DNA of 62,023 nucleotides, filler included, from Bonamia ostreae (GCA_040357525.1; 27 parts of 27 records of this genome joined end to end with filler, not necessarily neighbours in it), one strand, 5' to 3'; positions 39,107 to 53,178 are shown, counted from the whole stretch's first letter. Notes: generated by a model from the sequence alone, not told the origin. Numbers and translations: made by a program.

Positions 39107-41503
39107 NNNNNNNNNNNNNNNNNNNNNNNNNNNNNNNNNNNNNNNNNNNNTTAATTAATTAANNNNNNNNNNNNNNNNNNNNNNNNNNNNNNNNNNNNNN
39201 NNNNNNATTATAACGAATCAGGTGTAATTGTATCAGACAAACAACTTGGGGTAAGGGGAATAAATATAGCCGCGTTACCTTATTCAGTTACCCTAGTGTA
39301 GCAGGGTGCCTACTGGGCAGTCCGAACTATCAATCTATCCCATCATCATTCACTTACTCTGTTCACTTTATTCTTTGAGAATGAACATAACGGCGAAACA
39401 GGTCTAGGGACTGTGGTGGAAAGCAACGAAATTACTCAGCTATCCACTCAGTTATAGGGCTAGGTTCTGTGTCTGTGCGACTAGGTTTTACATTTTGTGT
39501 ATTTTGTAAACAATGGTGACTTGGTGACTTTTGCATATGATTAGGGAATCGTGGTGGCTNNNNNNNNNNTTTATTATAAGATATACTCTATATTGTGTTA
39601 GTGATCTCATATTGGATTTTGTTGATCATCATTGATTAGTTCTTGAATCGACCGAGGAAAACGATCTACGTATATATGGAATCTTAGTTACCCGGTTGAG
39701 GCTTTTTTAAAATTATATTTGTTATCATTTATCCAGTGGCATCTGCCGAGAGAAATCGTACATTTTGTTGCGATTTAACTTGTTTTAACTTCATTCTTAG
39801 AAAGTAAACCTAAGCGGACCCAGTTAGTATAGAAAATGAATTGTTTGCTTGTGTACTTCGTTCTAAAAAAATGCGTGTGTAAAACACTATCTACCTATGC
39901 ATTCTCAATTTGTCACATTTTTCTCAAGTAAATCTGACCTGGTAAATATGTCGGTATGTCCAATTCTATTCTCAGTCTCCTTCATATATCGTGTTGATAT
40001 ATCCCAGTGATATTGCGTGCCAACATAAGGCATTGTTTACATGTGTAATATAATTAAAGATTGTATATTACAGGTTTGACCATTAAAATTCATCCTTTTG
40101 AAATTGATAAATCATTGTCGTTTTATTCTCCCTGGAAAGATATGTGAATACATGACATTATATTGTTTTCTTGACATTCGTTTAAAAAGTGCGATGTTCT
40201 GTGCTTTTTCATTTATTTAGTAAAACACATAACCGTTTGTACAGCCGTTTCATTTGTGCCGTGGTAGGTTTTACGAGGACTGAATATGTTGAGTGGTTAA
40301 CAAACACATGTATTGGCTGTACCCTTTTCAAAAATATGATGTCGCACATACATGCATCCAACTGAACAGAAACTGGTAGNNNNNNNNNNTTCTTAAGGCG
40401 TAGTTATTCTACTGAATAATTTCAAAGACGATTTATGATTTTAAAATGAATTATATTCAAGCTACGAGTTGGAGGGTGGCGGATTACGGTAGGTGACTTT
40501 GCCGTAAAATTGTTTTAACTTGTATGGAAATCTGTCAAGCACATTTCGATTGTGGCATGCGGGGTGGCGATATTACAGATTGTGACATACCGAATTGACT
40601 CGGTTTTAATTTTTAGATCGGGGCAGCCTACTGATGTTCCAGGGATCAGCAGTTCGCAAAATTCTGTGGTCGTTGTAGTGATGTAATTTGCAAAAGCAAT
40701 CTGACATTAGGTGAATACAAACCATTGGCTGTGCCGTTCTTTTAATTTCTACATAATTAAGATATAGGACACACGGTAGTTTTGCGTAGTAAACAGGGCA
40801 TTATTACTGATTCTATCTCTGGAATTACCAAGAATCTGTCATTGTACCTCTATAATATTTTTACATTCTTTATGAGATTGATCACTGTTCATTATCTAGT
40901 TTTCCATCAGTGTATAAATGTTAACGTCATTCTGTTTCCATGCGGAAGTACTCTACAATCGCTATAATAAGCATGGTGGAGTTCCTAATCTTTGATGATC
41001 AGGTCTTCTTACAATGTACTCATCAGCACCAATTGTACTTTTTTAATTAGTTTACCTGGGGTTTTTTTTTTGTATTCTTATGAAGCAGAATTCATCCAGA
41101 AGCTTTATTCACACGGAAAATTCAACAGAACATTTAAAAATAGCAACAAAGTTTCAACTAATGAACAATGTTCACTTTTATTCATAAATTCTTGTAAATT
41201 TGAAATGATAGAAACCGAAAAAAATAACATTTACTGGACGTAGATATTAACCCCAAAGCTTTAACTATACTTTATGACATAACAATTGGTAACAATTTAT
41301 TTGAAACACATCAGACTGCAGTTTACCCAATGCCAGGGTATATTGGTAAACTAGATCGTAACAACAAAAGTTGAATCGCTAGTTTGCTGTGAATACCATA
41401 CATNNNNNNNNNNNNNNNNNNNNNNNNNNNNNNNNNNNNNNNNNNNNTTAATTAATTAANNNNNNNNNNNNNNNNNNNNNNNNNNNNNNNNNNNNNNNNN
41501 NNN

Positions 41504-43300
41504 TCAGTTAATGTTTTTTATAAAAATAGACAATGTGGAAGAAAGATAAATCTGAAATAGAACTCAAAAAAGTTTTTATAATTAAATTTAAAAGCCATCA
41601 CTTTCAAGTTTCAGCGACAAAAACACAAACGAATCGACAGAGATTAATATCAATGTGCAAAGACCCTTCGATGACAATTTTTCAAACTCGCAAAGTTTAA
41701 AAAATCACAACAATTAACAAAAGCAATTTTAGATAAAGAAAAGGGGAATCTCTTAAATCAAAATGATCAAACTAAAAATTTTTTTGAAGATAAATTGATA
41801 ACGACTTCGCCTATAAAGCGTTCACACTGGATGACAAAAGTTACGGATTGGATGACCAAGACACAACAGGAACTAATATTCCATAAAAATTCACCCGATT
41901 TTTGTAAAAGGAGAGATAAATCAAAACAATATTCGGAAATTGAAAAAATGGCAATTAAAAATAAGATTACTGAAGAATTTGTTTATTTTCAATTTTATTA
42001 TTTTGATATGAATTATAACAATTAAATTGTAGCTGAAACTTGAAACAGCCCATACTCTAAAACACATGAACAATGGAAATAACAATAAAACCAAATTGTT
42101 GTCAAAGGAAATTTTTACAAAAAAAGAGAAATCACCAATTTCCAAAAACAAAATAGAAACTCAAAGTTATCAAAATATCAAACTTGGAACAACAAACAGA
42201 GAATTTCGATCTGAATACAAAAATGCAAAAGGAAGCAAAGAAATTTTTGATGAGAATCTGAAAACAGATAATTCAAGGAAAAGAGAAACCAACGATTGTT
42301 TAAGATCTGAAATGGGGAATGTACGAGCACAGTCAAATTTGATTAAAAGTTTAAACGAAATAAATGTTTCTGAAAAAAATATAGCAAAGAAAAATGAAAA
42401 AAATATTGCAAAAATGGATAAGAAATTTAATGCGGAAAAAACTTTTAAAAATTTAAATTCTGAAAGCAAAAATGAAGTGCTAAAGAAATTAGAAAAAGAA
42501 TATAAAATTGAAAAGGATAAAAAGAGTCCAAATAAAAAGTCCAAAAAAGATAATTTGCCCAAAAAGGAATTTTTAAAAGGAAAAAATCGCTTTAGAATTT
42601 TTGAAAACGGTTTAAATTTTTAATAAAACAATAAAGAGAAAAGCAAAAGAATTGCGCTTAAAAAATTTAAAGATGAAAAATTTGCTCAAAAGAAATCGAA
42701 AAATAGAGAATTAAAAATTTGTGCAAATGGAAAGTCCACAAAAGATAATTTGCCCAAAAAGGAATTTTTAAAAGGAAAAAATCGCTTTAGAATTTTTGAA
42801 AACGGTTTAAATTTTTAATTAAACAATAAAGAGAAAAACAAAAGAATTGCGCTTAAAAATAGCAAATTATACATTGAAGATGACAAATCGACTAAAAAGA
42901 AATCAAGATTTTCATTAAAAAAGAATATACTGAAAATTAATTTGGAAAATAATCAGTGCTCCGATTCAAAAACAGAAAAAATGAAAAATTTGCCAATTGA
43001 ATATTCTAAAAAAGGAAAAATTTTTAAACAAAAATCGGAAAAATATTTTGAAAATTTAGAAAAAGAAAGCTCTTTTGAAAGAAAAAAAGATAAAAAGAAA
43101 ACATTATCAAAAAGTTTTCAAATAGCTAAGCAAAACTCTTTAAAAATAATTTTAAAAATTTCAAACATCTTTAAAACGGGAATTGGTGAAATGGAAGAAT
43201 TTGTTATTCGAAATTCTTGTTTACTGAACTTTATGGTGTCTTTAATTCTTGTTTTTTTCTATCTTTAGATAAATTGATCTGGATCGGAAAATTTTTTAAA
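41504..43300 (+). CDS. Lys/Asn/Glu-rich low-complexity protein, spliced; boundaries uncertain
   Basis: ORFs 42066-42623 and 42942-43268 are joined in frame by two 27-nt introns. Confidence 0.55.
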
Positions 43301-43329
43301 TTTAATGATTTTGTTATTGACTTGTTATT

Positions 43330-43700
43330 AAAATTGTTTTGAGATTGAATTGTTGTTTTGTTTCTGTTTCTAAAATTGTTTGTTAAATTGTTGCTGTTTC
43401 TAAAATTGTTTGTGATTGAATTGTTGTTTTGTTTCTGTTTCTAAAATTGTTTGTGATAGAATTGTTGTTGTTTCTAAAATTGTTTGTGGTTGTATTGATG
43501 TTTTGTTGTTGTTTCTAAAATTGTTTGTGATTGAATTGATGTTTTGTTGTTGTTTCTCAAATTGTTTGTGATTGAATTGTTGTTGTTTCTCAAATTGTTT
43601 GTGATTGTATTGATGTTTTGTTGTTGTTTCTAAAATTGTTTGTGATTGAATTGTTGTTGTTTCTAAAATTGTTTGTGATTGAATTGATGTTTTGTTGTTG
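43330..43700. repeat. T/G-rich minisatellite (~30-40-nt units) at contig end
   Basis: GTTTCTAAAATTGTTTGTGATTGAATTGTTGTT variants, about 10 copies. Confidence 0.9.
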
Positions 43701-44316
43701 NNNNNNNNNNNNNNNNNNNNNNNNNNNNNNNNNNNNNNNNNNNNTTAATTAATTAANNNNNNNNNNNNNNNNNNNNNNNNNNNNNNNNNNNNNNNNNNNN
43801 TAAACCCCAAATGCGAATTGTTTTATCCGAAGAACATGAAGCCAAAATTTGTTTTTTATTATTAAAAGAAGTCGCCCTTTATTTTTGAATTAAATAATCT
43901 CGATTAAATTTTGTTAATTTGTCTACTTTATTTAAACCACACAGTATTTTTATGTCCCTTCAAATCAACAGGCATTTTTATATATTTTTAACAAAGCTTT
44001 ATATGTAAAATTTTAATAAAACTTAGACAATATAAATTTTTTCAAACTTTAGTCAAAACCATTTTATGCAAAATTTAAATTATTTAATTCTCTATTTTAT
44101 TATTTTGGTCGTCAATATGAAAAATAAAATAGTGAGAAAGCGGATACGGCGCTTTAAATGCAAAATATCATTTAGACATTTAAATCAAAAATAAAAATTC
44201 GTTATTTAAAGATTTCTTTAATTGGATCCGATCCATTATAAATAACATTAAAAGATAAATTTTAGTACAAAATTTTAGACAAAAAAATTTGATTAAAATT
44301 TTGAGAAGAATAAGCT

Positions 44317-45854
44317 TTAATTTCTCGTAAGCCATTCTAATTTTAAGGGGGATTCCCAGTCAAACTCGTCTCTGCCAAAATGGCCATATGTCGCCGTTTT
44401 TCTAAAAATCGGTCTATTTAGTCTTAATCTCTTTATTATCATTCCCGGACGCAAATCAAAGTTTTCCAGAATTAGCTAATTTTAGGAAAAATTTAAATTT
44501 TTAGATAATTAATTAGATAATTTTAGGCGCAAACATTAGTAAGATCCGTATCAGAATGTCCTTTGTTTACAGTTCCGTAAGAATCAACGAATATCGAAAC
44601 CGGTTGACAAATTCCAATCGCATAAGACAACTGTATCAAAACTCTTTTGGCTAATTTTGATCGAACTATCGATTTTGCTATCCATCTCGCTTTTTTAGTT
44701 CGTCGATTGTAAAATTTGTTTGAAAAATGTAAAATTGATTTTGGCAATCGAAAACAGAAATTTACAAATTTACAAAAAAATTGATTTTGGTAATCGAAAG
44801 TAAAATTTACAAAAAAAATTGATTTTGACAATAGAAAGCAATAATTTACAAATTTACAAAAAATTGATTTTGGTAATCGAAAGTAAAATTTACAAAAAAT
44901 TGATTTTGACAATAGAAAGCAATAATTTACAAATTTACAAAAAAAATTGATTTTGGCAATCGAAAGCAAAATTTACAAAAAATAAATCGATTTTGGCAAT
45001 CGAAAGCAATAATTTACAAATTTACAAAATTTGACAAATTCAAAAAATTGATTTTGACAATCGAAAGCAAAATTTACAAAAATTAAATCTATTTTGGCAA
45101 TCGAAAGCAATAATTTACAAATTTACAAAATTTGACAAATTACAAAAAATTGATTTTGGCAATCGAAAACAGAAATTTTTAAATTTACGAAAAATAAATC
45201 GATTTTGGCAATCGAAAACAGAAATTTGGAAAATTCAGACAAACAAAACCAGCATACGCAGCGCTACGGTCAACCTTGGAGCAGTCCTTGCCCGACAAAG
45301 CCCCGCCGCCATGAGCTCCCCAACCGCCGTACGTGTCCACAATTATCTTCCGTCCCGTCAATCCCGCGTCCCCGCTCGGCCCTCCGATCACGAAACGACC
45401 ACTCGGATTTAGCAAATACTTCGTTTCCGCCGTCAGATATTCGCTCGGAATAATCGGTTTTATCACTTTCTCTGTTATGTCGCGCCGAATCGTTTCGTTG
45501 TCGACGCTTTCGACGTGCTGCGTCGAAATAACGACGGTGTGCACTCTCTTCGGAAGAATGGAACCGTTTTTTTTCTTTTCGTAGACGACGGTCACTTGCG
45601 TTTTTCCGTCGGGGAGAATCCAAGGAATTTGCCCGGTTTTGCGAGCTTTGGTGAGCTGCAGGCCGAGTTTGGTTGCGAGGATGTGGGAGAGGGGCATGAG
45701 CTCTTTGGTTTCGTCGGTGGCGTATCCGAACATGATTCCTTGGTCTCCTGCGCCGATGTTCTCGTCTTGTTTGCCGCCGTGGACGCTCTTGGCGATGTCG
45801 GGGCTTTGCTGCTCGATGTCGAAAATGATACGGCAGTTTTTGTAGTCGAGTCCC
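44317..45854 (-). CDS. MAT: S-adenosylmethionine synthetase, 5' truncated
   Basis: [64 protein letters not shown] and TATYGHFGR. Confidence 0.97.
44725..45230. repeat. Minisatellite filling the 560-nt MAT intron (44690-45249)
   Basis: About 11 variants of AAATTGATTTTGGCAATCGAAAGCAA..TTTACA. Confidence 0.9.
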
Positions 45855-46574
45855 TTTGTGGAATATTTTACAATTTTGACTAATTTTTAATAAATTTTTT
45901 GGCTGATTAATTTTTATGTTTCTGTTGCTCTATTGAACACAATGTTTCAAATAACGTATTAAAATTATTGTTTGAAAATTTCTTAAAATGTGCTACNNNN
46001 NNNNNNNNNNNNNNNNNNNNNNNNNNNNNNNNNNNNNNNNTTAATTAATTAANNNNNNNNNNNNNNNNNNNNNNNNNNNNNNNNNNNNNNNNNNNNTAAT
46101 GGCTCCATTTTTTGATTTCCCGTCTTTTCGTTCCAGGTATTCATCGTTTCCCAATTGATTTTTTAAAGCGATATTTCTTGATATTTTCGTCAGACGATTT
46201 TTAACATTAAAAAATTTTATCATTTTCTGTTTGATAAAATTAATATTTTCGATCGATTTTTGTGTTTGCGTTCATCGTTCGCTTTTTCTTCAAATCGATT
46301 TTCCAGAATCGCATTAAAAATCGATCTTGTAATCGATCATTCTTATATTTAAGATCATTCTTGTAATCGGTTAAATTATTTAAATTCCTTCAGAGCTCTC
46401 GTTTCATAAAAGTGTTTGTGGTCGACAAAATTTTTACCAAATATTAAACGATGTCTGACAAATTAGTAAATATAAAAAATTGCTAAAACTACTCTAAAAT
46501 AAAATTAAACGACAAAAAATTTAAAAAAACTGTAATTCTGATAAATAAAATGAATATTTTAAGAGAAACAAAAG

Positions 46575-48071
46575 ATGAATTCGAACAAGGTAAAACAGAA
46601 TAAAAAATTACAAATTTTCAAAGTAAACGACGAGTACGATGACAAGTTTTTCGGAAAAGTAAGTAACGATTCTGAAGATAATGACAGTGAAGAAGTTTCT
46701 CAAGAATTCGAATCAAACTTCGAAGAAAGTCAAGCACTAAAAGCGAAGATTATATCTGCAGAAACAATTCCTGATTTTGTTCAATTCACGAACCAAAAAT
46801 GTGTAAATTTGAACACCGGGAAAAAAACTTTGGACATAAGACTTTTGGGGAACAGTTTCGATCGAAATGATCAACTTACGATCGAATCAATTCCAGAATA
46901 TTGGTTTGTTTCTATAAGTGAAGGAAAATCGCACAAGGAAAATCAGAGAATGACGAATGTCGTTGCAGTTTCAATCTTACAATTTGAAGTTTTGCCAGAT
47001 TGCTGCGAGAAAAACATCAAAGATTATCAACACATAGAAATTATTGGCGGAGGGTCGAATGGTGCCGTGTTTAAAGGTCAAAATTTGAAATTGAAACATT
47101 TGTCTTTTATCTAACAGATCAAACATTTTTAAAATGGCTCAATTTTGTAAATCGAATAATAGTTCAAGACAAAACTACTGGAGAGTTCTACGCTATCAAA
47201 GGATGTTTCAAATACACCGATAAACTCAAATCGCTCAAAAGAGAGATAGAAATCCTTTGGAACGCTGCCATCGATGAAGCCGAATACATCCTCAGACTTT
47301 TCCATGTTTTCAAAACTGACGAGTGCATATTCTTTGTGACAGAGATATGCGAATGCAACTTGAAGTTTTTCTATGTTCATAAATTTCGATTATTTGCAAA
47401 ACCAAAATTTTATTTTTCACTATTTCAATTTCAGTGACCTTTTCAAACAATACTTCCTCACAACGGCCGATATAAGTTTTCATACAAAACATTCAGCTGA
47501 GTTTGTCGGAATGATGGCGTTAGGGTTGGATTACTTGCACAAGGAACAAAAATATATCCATTACGACTTCAAACTAGAGAACATACTTCTCGCTTCAGAC
47601 GAAAAGATTCGAATTTGCGATTTTGGTTTAAGTCGCAGAGCAGGACCTAATCGTTCAGTTGACTACAAAGATGTCAGAACTCTGAGGAATATCTACACCG
47701 CTCAATGTGCAAAACCGCCGGAACTTCTGTACGGCTCTGTTTTGCTCTATTCCTTCGACACTTGGGGACTAGGAATGGTGATTCTGAGCATGTGTTGTGG
47801 GAATATTCCAGATGTCATGACTTCCTACACTCAATATATAGATGACATTGACCATTATTTGCTGGAATATTTCAGACGAAATGCTTCCAATGAAAACATG
47901 TCTGCGTTGTATCCCCTTTTAATCAAACTCTTCGAAATGAATCCGGTTAAAAGACTTTGTGGACAGATTTCAAACCATCTAACGCAAGATCCTCTTATTA
48001 AAAAGTGGATTGCGAAAATAAAAAGTGGCAAGGATTTGAACGAGAAAGAGACGTTTATGCTCGAATATTAA
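46575..48071 (+). CDS. Ser/Thr protein kinase (non-RD), 3 exons
   Basis: GGGSNGAV, YAIK, IHYDFKLEN, DFG, KPPE and DTWGLG. Confidence 0.9.
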
Positions 48072-48389
48072 AAGACTTGAAAAATGTAATTAACGACGGA
48101 AAATATTTAAAATTTTGTGTAAGAAATATTGTTCACAAAAAATCAGTTTTATAAAACTAATAATCTCTTCGTCGATTTTTATTTAAATCTGCAGCAAAAA
48201 ATATAAAAATATTAAATTGATGTTTTTTTGAATAGATATAAAAGCAATGATCATTTTTTTTTGAATAAAATAACAAAAAATGATCATTTNNNNNNNNNNN
48301 NNNNNNNNNNNNNNNNNNNNNNNNNNNNNNNNNTTAATTAATTAANNNNNNNNNNNNNNNNNNNNNNNNNNNNNNNNNNNNNNNNNNNN

Positions 48390-49583
48390 AACCTCGATTT
48401 CCTTTTTCTCTTGTTCCAACATACTCTTTTCATAAAAAGATTTCCACTTTAAAGATTTTGTTGATAAAACGTCCAATTCCTTCGCTGCCAAATCATATTG
48501 ATGTTGCTCACTTTCTCGCTGCATCTTCAATCCCAATTTTAAAGTTTCTTTCTAAAATAATAAATCAGTTTTTCTGGCTCCAAAATTTAAGGTCAAAGTT
48601 ATAAGAACTTCTGATTCGAAAAATTTGTTTTTGAATACTGTTTTTTCTTCTTTCAGTCGATCATTCTCCGCTTTCAAAAAAGCGTTCTCTGTTTTGTAGT
48701 CACTCTTTTATTAATGCGAGACAAAACAAATCTCTTTTGAAAGTTCTTTCTGGTCCATTCCAAGTCTTTCTAAAACATATTGTTTGAAAACGTTTGATTT
48801 TTTAAGTTTCTCTTCCAAGTTTTGGGTCGTTTTCTTGACTGTCAAGCTCAATTTTTCTTCGAAAATTTGCTTTTTGATTATTCAAAAAATGCATTTGATA
48901 TTGAAAACTTCAAATTCGGCGAGTTTTTTAGATTTTTGTTCTAGTGAAATCATCAACATCTCGTTTTTGTGCTGCAATTCATTTGTCTTCGATTTCCAAA
49001 ATAAAACTTTGTCGTTTCTTTTAAAGTTCAACAATTCCTTTTCTGCTGTTTCAAGTTTGGCTTCTTTTATGCAAAGTTCGGCTCTGTGCTGCTCCAATTT
49101 TCTTTTCAGTTTTTCTATTTCTTTGAAAGGATCGAATATTTTCTTGTTTTTCGGAAAACGAATTTGAGATTTTTTGCTATTTGACTCTTTTTAAATTTGC
49201 TTAAAACGTCATCGCTCATCAATTCATCTACCTTCTCCTTCGCATTTATTATTTAACTGAAATATAATCAAACTTCAACTTTTTACGGAAAATGAAATTT
49301 AATAAACCTTCATTTTTGATAATCGACTGTCATCGATAGTCAGTTTTTTAAGTTTCAGAGACTTAAAATTTTGTCAGCGAAAATATAACTTGTGCCATCG
49401 AAGAATCGCTACATTTTTTAAACACAGTTGTGTCGTTTTTCTAAAGATTTTCAAATAAAACTTTCGTCATCCAAATAGCTTCTTCTTTAATATTTATTTT
49501 CGGTGCATTCTAGAATATGTTGTTTCAGAAACAATTATAAAAACGGTAACTTGGTTTAGATAAATTGCGCACACTTAAAAACA
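48390..49583 (-). CDS. Coiled-coil hypothetical protein with many small introns; start approximate
   Basis: E/K/L-rich exons (ORFs 48882-49097 and 48390-48536) separated by GT-AG micro-introns. Confidence 0.55.
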
Positions 49584-49618
49584 TTGATTATTTGTTACAA
49601 AGAGAGCAAAATTGCAAT

Positions 49619-50581
49619 TTAATCGCAATAATAGCGCCATAATAGAATGCCGTTGAATAAACAAACCAATGTTGTGAAAAAATGCGATCCGGCAATTTTC
49701 GATATTCTCCAAGAATTCCAATTGACAACTGGCAGACCCTTCAAAGCAGCGTGCAAGAAACCTGGTACCAACACATCGAAAAACAATCTGTCTAACTATT
49801 GAACATTCAATTAATGACGATTGAATCCAAAAACGGGAAAATTAATTACAAAAACATTGATGATATAAGTAATGCTGAGAACATTGACAAGCAAATCTCT
49901 GTCTCCCTTTTCCCCATACGAGAGGATAACGCCAGTTCCGAAAACAAGGAAATAAACGCAAACTAACATTTGCGCAAAAAGCAATAAATACACAAAAAAC
50001 ATTCTCTTCCGACGCAATCTTATTCGGATGTCGCTAGAAAAGGACTGTTTCACTAAACAATGAGACTTTTCCGGGAGATTGAACGCCCACAAAAAATTCT
50101 TTACAATTCTCTTAAAATTCGCAAAGCAAATTAGAGTGTAATAGATCGACACCATAATTCCCAGACCTACAGGATTTCTCCAGCAATGCAAGTTTGTTCG
50201 CAAGATGAAGGAAATATAGAAAAGATAGCCGCCTTGGACAAAGAAGACGAGGAACTGAACGATAATTATTTGACATATTCTGAAAATGCGAATTTTTTCT
50301 CCCATTTCAAAGACATGCAACTTTTGTTGTGGCGATCAACGATTATTTCAAAATATTGTTCAATATTTACATTTTATAATTGTCATTATTGTTTGTTTAA
50401 TAAAGTCTTGTGAATATTGTGTTAAAAATTTAAATACGGCAATAATGAGACTGCACAAATTTCCGTCCAATTTGTAACTAATTTTATCGTTGTTAATTAG
50501 TTTCGTCGTTTCATTCGAAGAGAAATATAAATTTGCTTTATGCCGTGGATGCATTGAATTCATGAATTGTTTGTTGAAATC
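49619..50581 (-). CDS. Multi-pass membrane protein, C-terminal part
   Basis: Hydrophobic segments; spliced DLLVNVLSITYIIN|LDRLFFD...WRYYCD*. Confidence 0.65.
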
Positions 50582-50783
50582 NNNNNNNNNNNNNNNNNNN
50601 NNNNNNNNNNNNNNNNNNNNNNNNNTTAATTAATTAANNNNNNNNNNNNNNNNNNNNNNNNNNNNNNNNNNNNNNNNNNNNAAATTTCAAATTTTTGTTT
50701 TTGACACAAAATTCAATATTTTTTATTTTTTGACAAAATTTATTTTAATTTTGACGCAAATTTCAATCGACAATTTTTGTTAG

Positions 50784-50937
50784 AAATTCGTCTATTCGGT
50801 TTGAAAAAGCCCCCGCTTTGAAACCACCAGAAGTTGAGTTAGACAAAGAAAAGATGCTCATGTATGAAAACGAGCTCAAACAAGCTTCGTCCGAGGCAAA
50901 ATCGGTCGCTCTTCCTGACGAAGACGACGACTTTTGA
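50784..50937 (+). CDS. RAN: Ran GTPase, last exon
   Basis: FEKAPALKPPEVELD...YENEL...ALPDEDDDF* is the Ran acidic tail. Confidence 0.9.
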
Positions 50938-51409
50938 TTAAATGGTCGAAATCTGTATCACTGCTTTATTTTTTGTCCTTTAAACAATTCTTTTGTAAAT
51001 GTTCTGGTTAGTTTTTTTTCGGATGGTCTCCTTTGCTCTTCAAAAAAGAGTCTATCTATTATTTTTTTGAAAAATCATCGCGAAAAAATAAATTTTGTAA
51101 CAGTTCTGTCGCTTTCTAATGTTAAAAATGCGTCACGACTACTCAAATATTTACCAGTTAACGATTTGAAAGACTTCTCGCAAAAATTGTTTAATATCAT
51201 TTTCGCAAAAATGGTAAACAAATTGAAAGCACGTTAAGTTTTCGCATAGAATCAAAGCTGTTTTTAATTTAAAAGTTTGTCGACTGTAAAAAGTATTCAC
51301 TCAAAGAGTCGGCAAATTAACGGTAAATTAACAACAAATTAAGTAAAAATTACCAGAAATACAATGTTTTCTATATATAAAAGTTATTTTGCAATTTTAC
51401 GGTTAATTA

Positions 51410-52620
51410 ATGGATACAACAGCAATCAAAGAGTTGAAGTCTAAGCATTACAACGTATTAAGACAATTAGAATATATCGACGGGAGAATTTTTATGTCTT
51501 TTGAAGGTTATTTAAGTCTAATGAAAGTTGAAAAATTGGGGGGAATTTACCTCGTCAAAGTTTTTCCGATAAATTTTTTATACAATATCATTCTGGAAAA
51601 CATAAATGAAGAGATCAAATTATATAAAGAAATTGAGAGTCCTTATGTGGTGAAATTTCATGATTCTTTTGTGACTGATAAGTTTCATTATGTGTTGTTA
51701 AATTTTGACGATGGAAAAAATCTCGCGTTTGAAATTTTTAATGATCTTTACTTAGAGCATAAATGAGATAATTTTTATAATTTTTTTAATTGTAAAAAAA
51801 TTAGTCGTCATATCGAAAAACACTGCTTCACAATTGAAGAAGCCAGTTGAATAATATTAAATAAAAGGAATTATAATTGCTGAAATAGCAACAGTTTTGA
51901 ATAAAATGCATTCGAAACAATTCATTTACAGAGATTTGTGTACAGACAACATAATCCTTACGGATAACGGACATGTCAGTATCAATAATTTTACTTGTGT
52001 TAAGAAAAGAGATGGTATCGACTCTTTAAGAAGTAGTACTTTTTGCGGCAACAAGGCTTTTCTAGGTAACAATTATCCCAAAATATACATTTTATTCAAA
52101 AATAAATAGCTCCCGAGAGAATTGAAAGGCGATCCCACAACAAATCGATTGATTATTGGTCGCTCGGAGTTATTTTGTACACACTTTTGGAACAAACATA
52201 CCCTTTTGGAGGAGACAATTTGGTGAGTATAATGAACAACATAGATCAACCATTGGTTTTTAAGAATATCGTCGATGAAGACTGCAAAAAATTGCTTAAG
52301 AAGCTTTTGAACCCAGAGCAAAAAAGAAGACTTGGGTACAATCAGCATGATTACGAAGAGTTGAAAAAACAAGACTTTTTCAAAGGGATTGATTGGTGTG
52401 ATGTGGAGAATAAGCGTGTTGCCTCTATTTATAAACCATGTTTTTGTTTGAATAAAATTGTCACATTTAAATTATTTGTAATTAAAGGTGAGCAGGATTT
52501 ATTTGAACCGGCTGAAATGCTCTTGTTTGGATTCGGTGAATATTATCTTTACTATTAAATGATGATTAGCCTTATTTGCATTTTTTACTATTTATAAATT
52601 GCCGCCCTCTCTGATGAGAT
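51410..52620 (+). CDS. AGC-family-like predicted pseudokinase, spliced; 3' end uncertain
   Basis: IYRDLCTDN, STFCG..L|APE, DYWSLG, RRLG and FFKGIDW are present; no Gly loop, and DFG is replaced by NFT. Confidence 0.8.
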
Positions 52621-52782
52621 GAGTAATAGAAGAATTTTTCAGCATTTTAACGAGCTGATTCAAAACACACAAAAGACTTTTTAACTCTGAAAATATCAAT
52701 CTTGCTGAACATCCATCTTCTTCAATCAATTAATTTGTAGGTCTGCAAATATCATCTTGAAAAGGGAATAATTACAGGGGTT

Positions 52783-52869
52783 AATCTTGTTTACATTGCG
52801 TCCGCCAGGCTACCAATTAAAACTCTTAATGAGAGTTTTAATCGATTGGCGGCAGGCAATGACGAGATT
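52783..52869. ncRNA. Candidate structured RNA: long four-segment hairpin
   Basis: Nested pairs AATCTTGT/ACGAGATT, CATTGC/GCAATG, CCGCCA/TGGCGG and ATTAAAACTCT/AGAGTTTTAAT. Confidence 0.5.
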
Positions 52870-53178
52870 CTNNNNNNNNNNNNNNNNNNNNNNNNNNNNN
52901 NNNNNNNNNNNNNNNTTAATTAATTAANNNNNNNNNNNNNNNNNNNNNNNNNNNNNNNNNNNNNNNNNNNNACCAAGTACGCCGATCTTCATATTATTTA
53001 TTCATGTTTTGAAGTGTGTTTTGACAAAAACAAACCTGTTTAAATTGAAAATATTTTAAGTATAAAGACTTACAATTATATTTACCCAAAATCAAATAAC
53101 TCAATTTCGAGTAATTCAAATGTTTATCTCAAATAAACTTTTTAGGAATTTTGTATAATATTCGAAAAACTTACGAAC

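Noticed and set aside
52608-52640. Hammerhead ribozyme core CTGATGAG
   Set aside because: No stem II followed by GAAA, and no flanking stems.
52537-52684. Possible non-canonical (non-AG) acceptor giving the pseudokinase an FQHF hydrophobic-motif tail
   Set aside because: A canonical AG alternative exists in another frame; cannot be decided without cDNA.
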